From Narcine bancroftii (Eukaryota): a DNA stretch of 64,000 nucleotides. The notes below the pieces were generated by a model that was not told the DNA's origin, did no database searches, and saw nothing but the letters and a program-made list of their open reading frames with translations. The stretch spans positions 129,456,001 to 129,520,000 of the forward strand of contig NC_091473.1 of the NCBI RefSeq assembly GCF_036971445.1. The letters are read 5' to 3'. Both the position numbers and the translations under genes were made by a program. Shown one piece after another: positions 49,395-63,510 of the stretch; the first letter of the stretch is position 1; the number at the start of each line of letters is the position of its first letter.

Positions 49395-50900
49395 TTGAAA
49401 TGGCTGCGTGGGAGAAAACATAGTGTGTTAGTTGCTTCTCAGACAGGAGGCCTGTGACTAGTGGTATGCCTCAGGGATCTGTGTTGGGACCATTGTTGTT
49501 TGTTGTCCATATCAATGATCTGGATGATAATATGGTCAATTGGATCAGCAAGCTTGCTGATGACACTAAGATAGGAGGTGTAGTGGACAATGAGGAAGAC
49601 TTTCAAAGCTTGCAGAGGGATCTGGACCAACTGGGAGAATGGGACAGTAAATGGCAGATGGAGTTTAATGCAGACAAGTGTGATGTGTTGCATTTTCGAA
49701 GAATCAACCAAGTTAGGACATAGACAGTGAATGGTAGGGCACTGAGGAGTGCAGAGGAGCAAAGAGATCTGGGAATACAAATACATTGTTCCCTGAAGAT
49801 AGTGTCACAGGTGGTGTTAGGTCTGCTTTGTTCATGAATGAGTGAGACAAACACCAGGCTGAGTCGAAATCAGGGTTCTTTGTTCTTTATTACCGGATTG
49901 TAACACTTGCGACTAAACATGTTAGTCGGAGAATGCATTCTGCCGTTATCAGCAAAATGGTGATTTTTTATACCCTTGGATATGTGCTTAGAATATCATC
50001 ATATCATTACTTGTCCAATGACTAAAACTGTTGCTATCCTTTCCCTGCTAGCTTCCTGCCTCTCAATCCATCAATGTCTCTCTTATCTTGTAAGTACAAG
50101 GATGCATTCACATCTTGTTACTGCCCCGTACATTCCCATCTCATGATGTTTTACCTAACAGGAGTACAAGGACACCTCCCCTTCTTGTTACAGCCTTGTA
50201 CAGGGTAACTCCCTACACATTCCCATCTCATGATGTTTTACCTTACAGTGGACAGGGTTGTAAAGAAAGCATTTTGGCATCTTAGCCTTTATAAATCAAA
50301 GTATTGAGTATGGGAGTTGGAATGTTATGTTGAAATTGTTTAAGACATTGGTGTGGCCAAATTTAGGATATTGTGTGCAGTTCTGGTTGCCTCACTACAG
50401 GAAGAATATCAATAAGATTGAAAGAGGGCAGAGAAGATTTACAAGGATGTGGCTAGATCTTCAGGAGTTGAGTTACAGGGCAAGATTAAACAGGTTAGGA
50501 CTTTATTCCTTGGAGCAAAGAAGAATGAGGGGAGATTTGATAAGGTTTACAAGATTATGAGAGGCACAGACAGAGTGGACATGAGTAGGCTTTTTCCACT
50601 TAGATTGGGGGAGATAGGTATGAGAGGACATGGCTTTAGGGTGAAAGGGAAAGGTTTAGAGGGAACACGAGGGGGGACTTCTTCGCTCAGAAACTGGTGG
50701 GAGTGTGGAACGAACTGCCATCTGATGTGAGTGTGGGCTCTATATTAAGGTTAAAGAATAAATTGGATAGATACATGAATGGGAGAGGTCTGGAGGGTTA
50801 TGGAATGGGAGCAGGTCACTGGGATGATCGGAATAATGGTTGGCACAGACTAGAAGGGCTGAATGGACTGTTTTTCGGCGCTGTAGCATTCTTTGGTTCA
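49395..50900 (+). mobile_element. CR1 LINE interrupted by a solo LTR
   Basis: [33 protein letters not shown]. Confidence 0.92.
49815..50247 (-). mobile_element. Solo LTR (433 bp)
   Basis: TGTTAGGT...ACCTTACA, TSD GTGG; minus-strand TATAAAA and AATAAA; internal duplication of CATTCCCATCTCATGATGTTTTACCT. Confidence 0.88.
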
Positions 50901-50959
50901 ATACTAGCTTTGAGGCATGCAGAGGATATACACAGGTTGATTTAAGAAAAGTGGGTTAG

Positions 50960-51695
50960 CCTGTGATAGGAGATAGAGTCAACAGGGGCTATATTCAATG
51001 AAATTGAGAGGAATAAGAAAGGATCTTTATGGAAATATTAAACTATGAAAAAGGATAGATAAGTTAGATGCAGGACAGTTGTTTCCGTTTGTAGGTGAGA
51101 GTAGTCAAATTTATTGTATCGATTGCACACGTAGAAACCAAAACAGCATTCTCTGGTCCTTGGTTCAAAACATGCAGACACATAGCCAGTCATAACACAC
51201 ACATACATACATACAGACAAACAAGACATGTGCAGGGCAAGTATTCATACATACAGATAAATAAATAAATGTTATTTTGTAAATCTGAGCATGAGCAGTT
51301 TTGGTTGTTCAGCACTCTCACTGCCTACGAGAAGCTATTCCTCAGCTCTGGTAATCCTGTATCTCTTTCCCGGCAGGAGCAGCTGAAAGATGCGGTGTGT
51401 GGGGTGGTCGGGGTCCTCGGTGATTTAGCGCACCCTCTTCTAGAGACAGAGCCTCAAGATTTGGGGAGTGAATTTACGGCAGAGTTGAGGAGAAACTATT
51501 TCTGTCACAGAGTTGCCCAAGGAAGCTGTAGAGGATGCCTCATTAAATATATTTAGATAGCTTTTTGCATAGTTGGAGAATTAAAGATTTTGGGGAAAAG
51601 CAAGGTGGAAATGAATCTACAGCCAGACTTTTGTTTAATGCCAAAGACTGGCCAGATGGCTCCTGACTCATGCTCCTATTTCTTATATTCTTCAA
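50960..51695 (+). mobile_element. CR1 3' remnant split by a minus-strand Rex/Babar tail (~51105-51440)
   Basis: FPFVGES | TEPQDL...AELRRNYFCHRV on either side of the insert. Confidence 0.6.
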
Positions 51696-52611
51696 AATGT
51701 TGGACTAAAAGTAATTGTTTAAATAATTTTACAGGGGCAGTGAAATGCTTAGAAGACATTTGGGAGAAATATGTTGTTCCAAAACTTACAATAATCATCT
51801 CAAATAATCAGCATATTTGAAATTAATATTCTCTCTGACCTCTTCGGCTAGTTGTCTGAGCAAAGAGATTTTTTTGACGGTTTTGGTTGAGTTTAAAATG
51901 CAAGTGATTATTTCTTTGACCAGGTGGCTATATTATTTAATGTTTGTGTAATTATTTCATAATTTTCACTATGTTTGAAAGTGAGAGCACTTGTTTTTGT
52001 GCAGTGAATTAGGCATCAATGTGTAATCACTCCATGCGCTCCTCATTTCTACAATTATTAGAATTTTAACATTTTTGTTTAAAATTTTATCCATTCCTGC
52101 TGGTTTAAAAAAAAGCTGAAGCAAAATATTTTTAGAGGGGAGAACATTCAAAATAGTTGTTCTTTTGAAACAAATAAAACTGCGGAGTTGAAATGAAGTG
52201 CGCTTCTTTGTTAATTAACATAACGTTCGAACTTCATTTCAATAAAATAGCAAAGCTTTTTTTTCCCCCGAATATAATGTTAAATATTTATATACTGGTG
52301 TCCCGTGGTGCAATTTCAGGATGCTTGTTTTCCTTGCACCCTAACTCTTGGCTCCAGAAACTGTATGTTAATCAATCACTTTAGTAAATGAGCCATATGT
52401 TATTTGTCACTTGAATTAGGATATCCACAGATGCTAGTCAAAATTCTTGACTGAAACTCTTTTGACATTCATTTCCTGAAAGAGAATTACAGTGTCAGTA
52501 CAATTCCAATATCAGTGTGGGGTCAAATTTAATCTAAGTTGCCGGATGGGAAAATGATGACATTTCATTTGCTGCCTGCATTGCACCCCACTTAGTTTTG
52601 CTTTGCATAGA

Positions 52612-52893
52612 TGTGGTGGTACACCACCAACCTACTGCAGGGGGAAACCTCTGTACCTGCAGAAGTGTAAGGGGACAGGACAACACCTGGCCGGCTGCCA
52701 ATCAGTCGGCCTGAATGGATCAAGCCCCACCTGGTCGGGTGTCAATCACCCTCCGGGATATAAGTCTGTGCCGGCCTCACACTGAGTTGCTGCAGCCACG
52801 GCCGGCCTGGCTCTGTGGAGGTTTTTGTGGATTAAAGCCTGTTGTTCAGTCTTTACCTTGTATGTGTCTGATTCTGTCTAACAGCGCACCACA
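52612..52893 (+). mobile_element. Solo LTR (282 bp)
   Basis: TGTGGTG...CACCACA perfect TIR, TSD ATAGA, CCAAT, GATATAA, ATTAAA. Confidence 0.9.
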
Positions 52894-53069
52894 ATAGACT
52901 ACAGTGGAAATGACACTTGGCAGGTTTGTAAAGTGAATGGCTAATATAGACTTCATCGGCTTCCCACCTCTTAGATTAGATTAAAATGACCACCAGAACA
53001 CAAGTTCACCGGATTTATTTCTGGGAAGCAATGCTTGTCCAGGACAAAGAGACTAAACAAACTGGGCCA

Positions 53070-54600
53070 ACATGCTTTAGCGTTCAGAATAATGGAGGTC
53101 ATGCACAAATTCCCATAGGGATTAAACTGGTATTACTGCCCAACTTGTTCAAACCGACCAAGATGCCTCGCTGAGTTATTCCTGTGTGCTTGTATTGGCC
53201 CATATCCCTCTCATGTAACTCAATAAGCATGTAAGTTAAACATGTAACTCAATATCTTTCAAATATTGTCATTGCATCCATCTCCCACACTTCCCTTGGC
53301 AGCTTGTTTCCATATACACACCACTCATTATGTGGAATAAGTTGCCACTCAGGCCCATTTTAAATCTCTCTCCATTCACCTATGCCCTCCCACTTTAGAC
53401 TTCTTACACTGGGGAAAAAAGACTATGACCTTGTCTCTGCCCTCGTGAGTTTACATATCTCTGTAAGGACACCCCTCATCTTTCTGTGCTCCAGTGACAA
53501 CAGCTCCAGCCTATCCACTCTCTCCCTGTAACTTAAACCTTCCAGAATTGGCATCATCCTTGTAAATCTTTTCCAGTTTAATTGCATCCTCCCCACAGCC
53601 ACCAGTACTGTACTCAGGTACAGACGCCATGACATCTTGTGCAGCTATAACATGACATCTCAACTCTTGTTCTCTGTGCTTTGACTGATTAAAGCAAATG
53701 AGCCCAGCACCTTCTTCACAACACTGCGTATCTGCGTTGCCACTTTCAGGAAACTATATGTTGGTATCCCTGGGTCCCCCTGTTCTCTCCAACATTCTTC
53801 AGGGTTCTTCTATTTAGTGTATACACCCTGCCATGGTTGAACTTCGCAAAATACAAGGCCTCACACTTGACCAAGTTAACTTCCATCAGCCATTCCTTGG
53901 TCCACTTTCGTAGTTAATCAAAATTCTTTTATAATCACAGACAACCTTATTCGCTGTCCACTCCCACCTATTTTGCTGTCATCCACAAATTTACTAACCA
54001 TGCCACCTACATTCTGACCCAAATTGTTAAAATTGATGGCAAACAACAGAGATCCCAGAGCCAATCCCTGTGACACACAACTAGCCATTGGCCTTCACCA
54101 GCACCAATCCTTATGACACACCACAAGGAATGGGCCTTCAATCTGAATAATAACTGATCAAGCTAATTTTGTCTCCAATTGGCAAGTTCATCCAGGACCT
54201 CATGTGATCCAATCTTCTGGACTGGCCTATCATCAGGTGGGATCATGTAAAAGAACTTGTTATGGTCCATGTAGACATGCCCACGTGAAACCTCTTGGTC
54301 ACCTCTTCAGAACAACTCAATCACATTCTTGAAGTACAATTTCCATTGCATGAAACCATGATGACTAATTACTCCTTTCCTTTCCAAATGCAGGTAAACC
54401 TTGTCTCAGAATTTCCTTCAGTAACTTTCCCACCACTGCCTTTTAGTTTTCTGGCTTGTCTTTGCAGCCCTTCTAAAATAAAGGTAGAATATTCACCACC
54501 CTCCAGTTCTCTGGTACCTCTCCCTTGACACCACACATGGACAGCCATACTGATCTTTCAGGGACCTATTCTCTCCCTAGTTACCCTTTTGCTTTTAAAA
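53070..54600 (-). mobile_element. Old CR1 LINE
   Basis: KRFTRMMPILEGLSYRERVDRLELLSLEHRKMRG plus further decayed RT motifs. Confidence 0.8.
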
Positions 54601-55387
54601 AATATTTATAGTCTCATGATTTTCATAGATACAACAATGCTGGAGGAACTCAGCAGATCTCGCTGCATCCATAGGAGGTAAAAATGTATTTTTGACATTT
54701 CGAGCCTAAGCCTGCCAGGATTTCTGTGTTTATACCATAATCACAGTGTCTGCAGACTTTTGCATTGCACCCTCTCATGATTTTCCTTTATCTTATCCAC
54801 CAAAGATACTTCATATCCACTTTTTCTCCTCCTGATTTCCCTCTAAAGTGCACTCCTTTATCCTTTATGGGCACAGAGGACTCTTCCTCTGCGTGGGATG
54901 TCCAGAACAAGGAGTCACAAAAGAAGGAGTTGGCTCTATAGGATAGAGCTGAGCAGAAATGCCTTCATCGTGAGAATAATGTCTTTAAAATTCCTGACCC
55001 AAGAGACAGTGGATGATCCTTTACTGAGTATATTGAAGAAAAGTCTGATAGATTTTGGGTTATTTTATGGAATTTAGAGATATGGGGTTAGTGTGGGGAA
55101 AGTGGCGATGAGATGTAAGATCAGTCATGAAGCAAAAGCACGAAGGACAGAAAGGCTGTTGTTTCTGTTTCCATTTCTTATGTTCAAATTCTTGCAAGAA
55201 ATCGATGCAACATGCTTGTACAGTATGTTGTTTGATCTAGCATAATCACCATTTATAAATTTACATCAAAACGGTGATTTATTTTGTTGTCTGTACATTT
55301 TTCTTTCTCTTTATTTTTTTTAATATTATAAATACAGTACAATGAAGAAAAGGGAACAAAACTGAAAATATAATCTCACGTGTATGT

Positions 55388-55389
<2 letters not shown>

Positions 55390-55431
<42 letters not shown>
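55390..55431. repeat. (GT)n microsatellite
   Basis: About 21 GT units. Confidence 0.98.
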
Positions 55432-55433
<2 letters not shown>

Positions 55434-56731
55434 CTCTCAAGATAAAACAGTATAAACTCAGACCCCATCCAATGCAACGGAAGAAGACAGATACATCAAA
55501 AATATTATATATATATATATATCACAAATAACCTACTCTATATTTTTCTTGTCAATTTTTAATTGTGCTCTGCAATAACCTTTGCTAGTGAGGTATAAAG
55601 GAAAACCTGCAGATGCTGGGGTCTGGTGCAGCACGCAAAAGTACTGGAGAAACTCAGCAGGCCACACAGCATCCATAGGAAGTAAAGGCAGCCAAAGTTT
55701 CGAGCCTGTGCCTTTCATCTAGAATGTGTAAAATCTGACAGACACCCTCAAATCAGTAAGGTGGAGGAGGAGGAGGATAGAAGATGCTAACATTTCTTGT
55801 TCAATTTCTCTGATGGGGAAAGTCGATTGTTTGCCTTCAACCAATTTTGATTCTCACAAGACTGCTATAGTTGAGCACTTAGTGAAGTGTTGCAGAAGAT
55901 AGGAAAAAGTTGATTGCAAAGAACAAAACAATGTTACTGCATTTTCTATTGAAGAAAATTCACTCTCAAATTACTGTGGTGGGTGTTGCACTTTAAATTT
56001 TGCAATATATATTATTGTCAGTGAAGTATCAGGACTTCTTTGAATGTAGAACAATACCTTGAATTACGTCGATTCATTCAACGCTGTTCATTGTGGCATT
56101 GATGAGGAAAAAAAGCCGTGATATAAAATTGGTTTTGTTTTACATCATTTCACTTAAAGTAGTACTTTCCAAAAACTTCTCAACAACATTAATTGAGGAT
56201 TTGCTCTACCATACAGAAAAGGGCCCTTTGGCCCTTGATGTCTGAGCCAAACACAATGCCAAATTAAACTAAATATGTTCTGCCTGCTCATTAGACCATA
56301 AGCTTTTAGGAACAGATACAGGTCACTCATCCACTCTGCCATTCCTTCGTGAGCCAATCCATTCTCTCACTCAGCCCCACTCCCTGCCTTCTCCTCATAA
56401 TACTTGAACCCTGACTATTCAGATACCTATCAATCTCTGCCTTAAATAGATCCAACGACATCCTCCACAGCTGCCTGTGATAACAAATTCAAGAGGTTCA
56501 CCATGCTCCAGCTAAAGAAATTTCTCTGTATCTCTGTTTTAAATGGGAACCCTTCAATCCTGAAGTTTTGCTCTCTTGATTTTATCTCTCCTACCATGGG
56601 AAACAAACATATATAATTTCCAGGCGTTTCAGCATTCAAAATGCTTCTTTGAGGTACCCCCTCATTCTCCTGTACTCCAAGGAGTACCATCCAAGAGCTG
56701 TCAAATGATTCTCATATGTATATCCCTTCAT

Positions 56732-58328
56732 ATATTGAAGGCCGATAAATCCTAGGGGTCTGATAATCTACATCCTAGGGTACTTAAGGAAGTGGACATT
56801 CAGATAGCAGATGCTTTAAGAATTATTATCCAGAACTCGATAGACTCAGAATCAGTACCCATGGATTGGAGGGTAGCTAATGTTACCCCACTATTTAAAA
56901 AGGGGGGTAGAGAAAAAGCGGGGAATTATAGGCCAGTGAGCTTTACATCAGTAGTGGTGAAAATGATGGAATCCATTATTAAGGATATAATAGCGAAGCA
57001 TATGACTAGCAGAGAAGGGATCGGACAGAGTCAACATGGATTTACAAAAGGTAAATTGTGCTTGACAAATCTATTGGAATTCTTTGAGATGGTGACAGGT
57101 AAAATAGATGGGGGAGAGCCAGTGGATGTGGTATACCTGGACTTCCAAAAGGCCTTCGATAAGGTCCCATATAAATGACTGGCATGCAAAATCAAGGCTC
57201 ATGGGATTGGGGGCAAGGTATTGATGTGGATTGAGAACTGGCTGGCAAGTAGAAGACAGAGAGTTGGGATAAACGGCTCATTTTCTGAGTGGCAGGCGGT
57301 GACCAGTGAGGTGCCACAGGGATCTGTACTGGGACCCAAGCTGTTCACAATTTACATTAATGATCTAGATGAGGGGATTGGATGTAATATCTCCAAATTT
57401 GCAGACGACACTTAGCTAGGAGGGGTTGTGTGCACTGAAGAGGGGGTCAGGAAGCTCCAGTGTGATTTGCATAAATTGGGGGACTGGGCAGATACATGGC
57501 AAATGCACTACAATGTGGATAAATATGAGGTTATCCACTTTGGTAATACAAACCGGAGGGCAGATTACTATTTGAATGGCAATAGATTAAGAGATGGGGA
57601 AGTGCAGAGAGACCTAGGGGTACTTGTACACCAGTCTCTGAAGGCGAGCATGCAGGTACAGCAGGCAGTTAAAAAGGCAAATGTATGTTGGCCTTCATAT
57701 CAAGAGGATTTGAGTATAGGAATAAGGATACCTTACTGCAGCTGTACAGGGCCTTGGTGAGACCCCACCTGGAGTATTGTGTACAGTTTTGGTCACCTTA
57801 TCTAAGGAAGGATGTTCTTGCAATGGAGGGAGAGCAGAGGTGATTCACCAGGCTGATACCTGGAATGGCAGGAATGACTTATGAGGAAAGATTGCGCAAA
57901 TTGGGATTGTACTCGCTGGAGTTTAGAAGATTGAGAGGGGATCTCATAGAGACCTATAAAATTCTGGCTGGACTGGACTGAATGGATGCGGAAGGGATGT
58001 TTCCAATGGTAGAGGAGTCCAGAACCCGAGGCCATGGTTCGAGGATAATAGGCAAACCATTTAGGACCGAGATGAGGAGGAATTTCTTTACCCAGAGGGT
58101 GGTGGCTCTGTGGAATTCATTGCCACAGAGGGCAGTAGAGGCAGGTTCATTAAATGTATTTAAGAGGGAATTAGATATATTTCTTCAGTATAAGGGAATT
58201 AGGGGTTACGGAGAGAAGGTGGGGATTGGGTACTGAACATTAAGATCAGCCATGATCTCATTGAATGGCGGAGCAGGCTCAAAGGGCTGAATGACCTACT
58301 CCTGCTCCTATCTTCTATATTTCTATGT
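56732..58328 (+). mobile_element. Young CR1 LINE, 5'-truncated
   Basis: [40 protein letters not shown] with few stops; TTCTAT tail; TSD TTCAT (56727-56731/58329-58333). Confidence 0.95.
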
Positions 58329-58455
58329 TTCATTCCAGGAATAATTTAAATGAATTTTTGAACCCTCTCCAATGCTAGCACATCCTTTCTTAAATAAGGA
58401 GCCCAAAACTATGCCCCTTACTCCAAATGAGACCTCACCAGTTCCTTATAAAGCC

Positions 58456-58948
58456 TCACCGAAGACTCTCGAAAACTTCTACAGCGGGACCGTGGAGAGC
58501 ATTTTGGATGGTTGCATGACGGCCTGGTATGGAGGCATCAACTCAGGACAAGAATAAACTCCAGAGTGTTGTTAACTCGGCCTGCGACATCACAGGCACC
58601 AGACTTCGCTCCATCGAGGACATCTACGAGGTGGTGTTTTAAAAAAAAAGCAGCCTCTATCCTCAAAAATTCCCACCACGCAGGCCACACCCTCTTCAGG
58701 AGCCTAAAGATAAGGACTCAATGGCACAAGGACAGCTTCTTCTCCACTGCCATCAGATCCCTGAATAATCAATGAACCAAAGACACTGCCTTACTTTTTG
58801 TGCACTACTATTTTAATTTTATTGTTTTTCTTTATATATTAGTGTTGAAAGATGATTCATAATATTAATGTTTGCACTCTGATGCTGCCACAAAACACCA
58901 AAATTCATGACTTGTTCATGACAATATATTCTCGATTCTGATTCTGAA
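58456..58948 (+). mobile_element. Rex/Babar-like LINE 3' part
   Basis: LENFYSGTVESILDGCMTAWYG...DSFFSTAIRSLN; (GATTCT)n tail. Confidence 0.85.
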
Positions 58949-60274
58949 TATCACACCCTGCTTTTATACCCTATTCCTTTAGATATAAATGCCAAAATTG
59001 CATTTGCTGCCTTCATCACCAACTCAACCTGGAGGTTAACCTTTAGTGTTTCCTGCATGAGGACTTTTAAGTCCCTTTGGTACTCCAAATTTTGAATTTT
59101 CTCCCATCCAAATAATAGCCTGCCTTTTAATTCCTTCGACCAAAGTGCATGACAATATGCTTTCAAATACTATTTTATTTGCCATTTCTTTGACCATTCT
59201 CCTTAACTCTCTAAGTCTCTCTGCAGACTCTCCATTGCCTCAGTACTACCAGTCCCTCCATCTATCTTTGTATCATATGCTAACTTAGCCACAAAATCAT
59301 TTATTCCACAATCCAAATCATTAACATACAACGTAAGAAGAAGTGGCCCCAATACGGACTCCTGTGTGGCACACCTCTGGTTACCCTGTTGCCAACCAGA
59401 ATAGGATTCCATTATTCTAATCCTTTTGTTGCCGATTAGTCAATGTTCTACCTATGCAAGTATCTTTCCTGTAATTCCATGGGCTTTCATCTTGTTAAGC
59501 AGCCTCATGTGTGGCACCTTGTCAAAAACCTTTTGAAAATCCTAATGTACAATATCCACCATATGTTCTTTATCTAGCCTGCTGTGGTTTGCTAAAAAAA
59601 AGGTGCAGTAGGTTTGTCATGCAAGATTTTCCCTTAAGGAAACCATACCGACTTTGGCCTATCTTGTCATGCACTTCCAGGTACTCTGTAACCTCAACCT
59701 TGACAATCAGATGATACATATCTTTCCACCCCTGAACATGGTTATTTATGTCTAAATACCCCTATGCCCTTGTGTGCAATAATCATGGAAGATCTTTTAA
59801 AAGTGTATTCACTGATATATTTGTTGGGTGAAATAGTACATTTTCATGCAATAATGTTCCAAGAAGGACTACCAGATAACTAGTGACCACATTATCTGGT
59901 TCCTCATATTGGTTGAGGGATAAACGTGAAACAGAGCACTGAAGGAGCTTCTCTAAGAAGAATACCATGGGATCTTTTATGTCTAATTGAGGGTTCCAAA
60001 TTTCCAGTAACATAGCCCTTCATCTTGGGCTCAAACTTCTGACTTGGAAAAATGGTATTGAGCCAACTCAGGCACTGAGGATATTGATCCAATCAAATGA
60101 GTGGGTATTGATAATTTGGAATGAACTTGATGGTTCTTTTTCTGACTTGGACTAAGTGGCCACCAAAACATTTGCTACATTTTGTTCATTTGTCTGATTT
60201 ATTCTTATTTATAAATGTCACTTTTTGCCATATGCACCCTATTTACAAAATTCTATATGCTCAACCTCAATCAG

Positions 60275-60495
60275 CCATGTTAGTGTAAAGGGTTGTTCGA
60301 GCTCTTTCAGTCCCCGCAACCCAGGTTCGTATCTGCAGCTCTCTGTATGAAGTTTGTAGGTTCTCTTCATGTCTGTGTGGGTTTCCTCTCAGCTGCTCCC
60401 ACCCTCCAAATGCATGTGAGGGTTGTAGGTTAATTGGTATATTTGGATGCCACAGTCTTGTGGGCCAGGAAGTCCTATTACTGAGTTGTTTCACT
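60275..60495 (+). mobile_element. V-SINE
   Basis: tRNA-like head with GGTTCG and core GTCTGTGTGGGTTTCCTC. A second copy lies on minus at ~60850-61055. Confidence 0.7.
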
Positions 60496-63164
60496 GAATA
60501 AGCAGATTGAATGAGTGAATAAATAATCAAATTACTTCATTTGGCTTTATGTTCTCCTGGCTGTTCTCCCATCCCACCTCCTCCATAAACCTGAGCTCAT
60601 CCAGAACTCTGCTGCCTTGTCCTGAACAGCACCAAGATCCCTGTCACATGAACACTGTGGGGGAATGCTCCACTTTCATAATACACTGTCATATTTTCTT
60701 GTCATGTAGAAGAAGGTGAGTTCACCTGAATTAATCTGCTGGCTTGAGCTGAAATCCCATCCCCTGATAATTTCACCACCCCCCCCCCCACCGAATCCAA
60801 TTCTACCCAGATTCTCTTAACCAGCCACTCACTGATTCACCACTCACTGATTCACGAGGGTCAGTTTGCAGTGGCCAATCAACCTACTGATCAGCATATC
60901 ATTGGGATGTTGGAGATAACTGGAGCATCTGGAGGAAACCCATCAGGTTATAGGAAGCATATGCAAACTCCACACAGTCAGTACGGGAGCACAAGAGTGA
61001 ACCTGGGCTGCTGCAGTTCTGAAGCAGCTGCTCTACAAACTGCACAGTTGTGCTGCCAAATGTGTGAAGAAGTTCCCCTGAACATTCCCCTTAACCTTTT
61101 CCCCTTCCATCCCTAATCCATACCCTCTGGTTTGTATCTCACCAAACCTCATTGGCAAAAGCTTACTTTCATTTATTGATCCGTACACCTTATAATTTTT
61201 CTCCCCTTCTACCCATGACACATGTTTGCGGGTAGAATACTTTGAATTTCAGTGACTTGGACATGAGAAACGGGTAGCAAATTTAGAGGAACAGAGTTAA
61301 ATTATACTGTGAGGCTTACTGTCAGCAAATCAGGAAGCTATCTTAACATACTTGTTTTTTTCTTAATAGAATTTATTAATGCTAAATCCACGGGTGAAGA
61401 CATGTGCTTCCCTTCGATCAACAGCAACAACCAAGAGAGACAAAACTCATTGGAAACGGAATGCGGCAAAGAACTGCCCTGTAAGCTAAACTTCTTAAGG
61501 TTAATTTTATGTTTTAGCCAGTATTGTTTTTGAAATAATAAATGTGTTCAAATGCAATGTTTATGTACAGTACAGGGTCACCGAATCATAGAACTGCACC
61601 AATTGATCATTTCAATGTGACACCACACACTGTTAATATGCTCTTGTTCTACTACTTTATATTAAATAAAGTATTTATAAGAACAATTTCATATTTTTAT
61701 ATGCATAATAAAGCTGACTGGCTGGACTGCTTTCAAAACAAACCATCCTCATTGTTCCAGGTATAACGTGACAGTGGTGGCGTTGCCAGAGCTGCTGTTT
61801 ACGACAGCGCTGCTGCTGGTCCAACCTCACGGAGAGTGGGGAGCAAAGTCTCCGCACTCCCCGCCTCATCTAACTGCGCAGTCCGACTGCTGTCATCTCT
61901 GTACAGGAGTCGATGGTGGTTTATTTTGAAATCCCGTGGCCCAAGGTGACGGTGTCTGTGTTGCAGGGCACCAGAAAACAGGGAAATCACTCCACCCCCA
62001 ATTGAGAAGGAGAAGTGTAGGAGATGACCCAACTGGATGGTGACCTTGGTGGTGGGCCAGTGAGGGGCTCTGAGGCTGGAACACCCAGGCGGCAGGCTGT
62101 TTGTGACTCAAAGTGAGGAACACACAGGACATAGGCTGCTGAAGACTGCAGTCAAAGGACTCACACCAGAATGTGGACTTCTGGAGATTGGCTCAAGTCT
62201 GACTGATGGGGTACCAGATATTGAAATTGAATGTGAGAGGGTGCTGGAGACTTTCTGATTGTGTCAGAGGTTTGCATCTGGAGCTTGAGTTGCTGACGGT
62301 TTGGACTGAAGGCTGTGAGGCCGCAGAGGCTGTGGGAGGGCTAGGCATAAGCCGGACTGGGGAATTTTTTGCTGATAGGGAAACTTTGTCCACCTTATGG
62401 TAGTTGAAAGGACATTTCATGTAGTATTACATTTTATGTTTTATTGCATTACAATAAAATCATGAATCTATGTTCCCCACAGAGATTATGGCAGAGCTAT
62501 GTCAGCACAATCCGCCCACTCCCATAACCCAGTGATCTTTTTCTTCTCAATTGCTGATCTAGTTCCCATTTGAATGCTGGACTTGAATCTGCTTCCACTG
62601 CTTCCCATGCACTGCATCCTTGGGGAATTCTTCTGTAGACTTCCCATCATTCCTTTGCATTGACTTTCTATTTCCTCTCACTTTGTCAATTCTCTTTCCA
62701 AGCTGAGATGGTCCCTTTTATCCATGGATTTATTCTTGAAAATGAGTCTATTTTGCACTTCATTATCGAATACCATTTGACAATCCAAGAATCTCACATT
62801 TTCAGAACTTCCTTCATCAAAAAAAATTTAGTTAAACATGATTTGGTCTTAACAAATTCATGCCAAATTTTTCTGTTTAAACCACATTATTTCAAGTCAT
62901 TGCAAATTCTATGTCCGATTATCTTTGATCTTTTATCTTTGATAAATATTCATTTAGTTCCTGTATCTTGACCTCTGTCTCTGTAAATGTTCCTGCTTTT
63001 CTCCTCAGATACAAGTCCAGCAATGCATTCTTTGTCATTGAGCATGAACGTACTCATCAAGAAAGTGCTAAACATACTTCAGAAATTCTTTGCTCTTAAT
63101 ATGTAATATTTCAGATTGTACTTGGATAACCATTATCATTAATGCTTTGCCTATAACAACATAA

Positions 63165-63510
63165 AGAAATAGGAGCAAGCCATCCAACCCATCAAGCTTG
63201 GCTGATCTGATCTCTACCTACCTGCTTTTTTCCCATATCCCTTAATTCCCCAAATATGTAAAAAATCTATCCAACCTTGTCTTTAGTATGTTTACTGAGG
63301 TAGCTTCCACTGTTTCCATGGGCAATGAATTCCACTGATTCACCACACTCTGGGAAAAGTAGTTCCTCCACATCTATATCCTAAATCTACTACCCTGAAT
63401 CTTGAGGCTGTGTCCCCTAGTTCTGGTCTCCTCCACCAATGTAAACAACTACCCTACTTCTATCTTATCTATGCCTTTTCATAATTTTGTGTTTCTGAAA
63501 GTTACCCTTT
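63165..63510 (-). mobile_element. CR1 3' remnant
   Basis: Minus TRGHSLKIQG.RFR...FSQSVVNQWNSLP. Confidence 0.8.

Larger units (their letters stand above)
56290..59710 (-). mobile_element. Older CR1 (minus) broken by a younger CR1 and a Rex insertion
   Basis: Colinear minus-strand CR1 pieces at ~56290-56731, 58329-58455 and 58950-59710 (SVLGPLLLTLYVNDL; QRNFFSWSMVNLLN). Confidence 0.8.
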
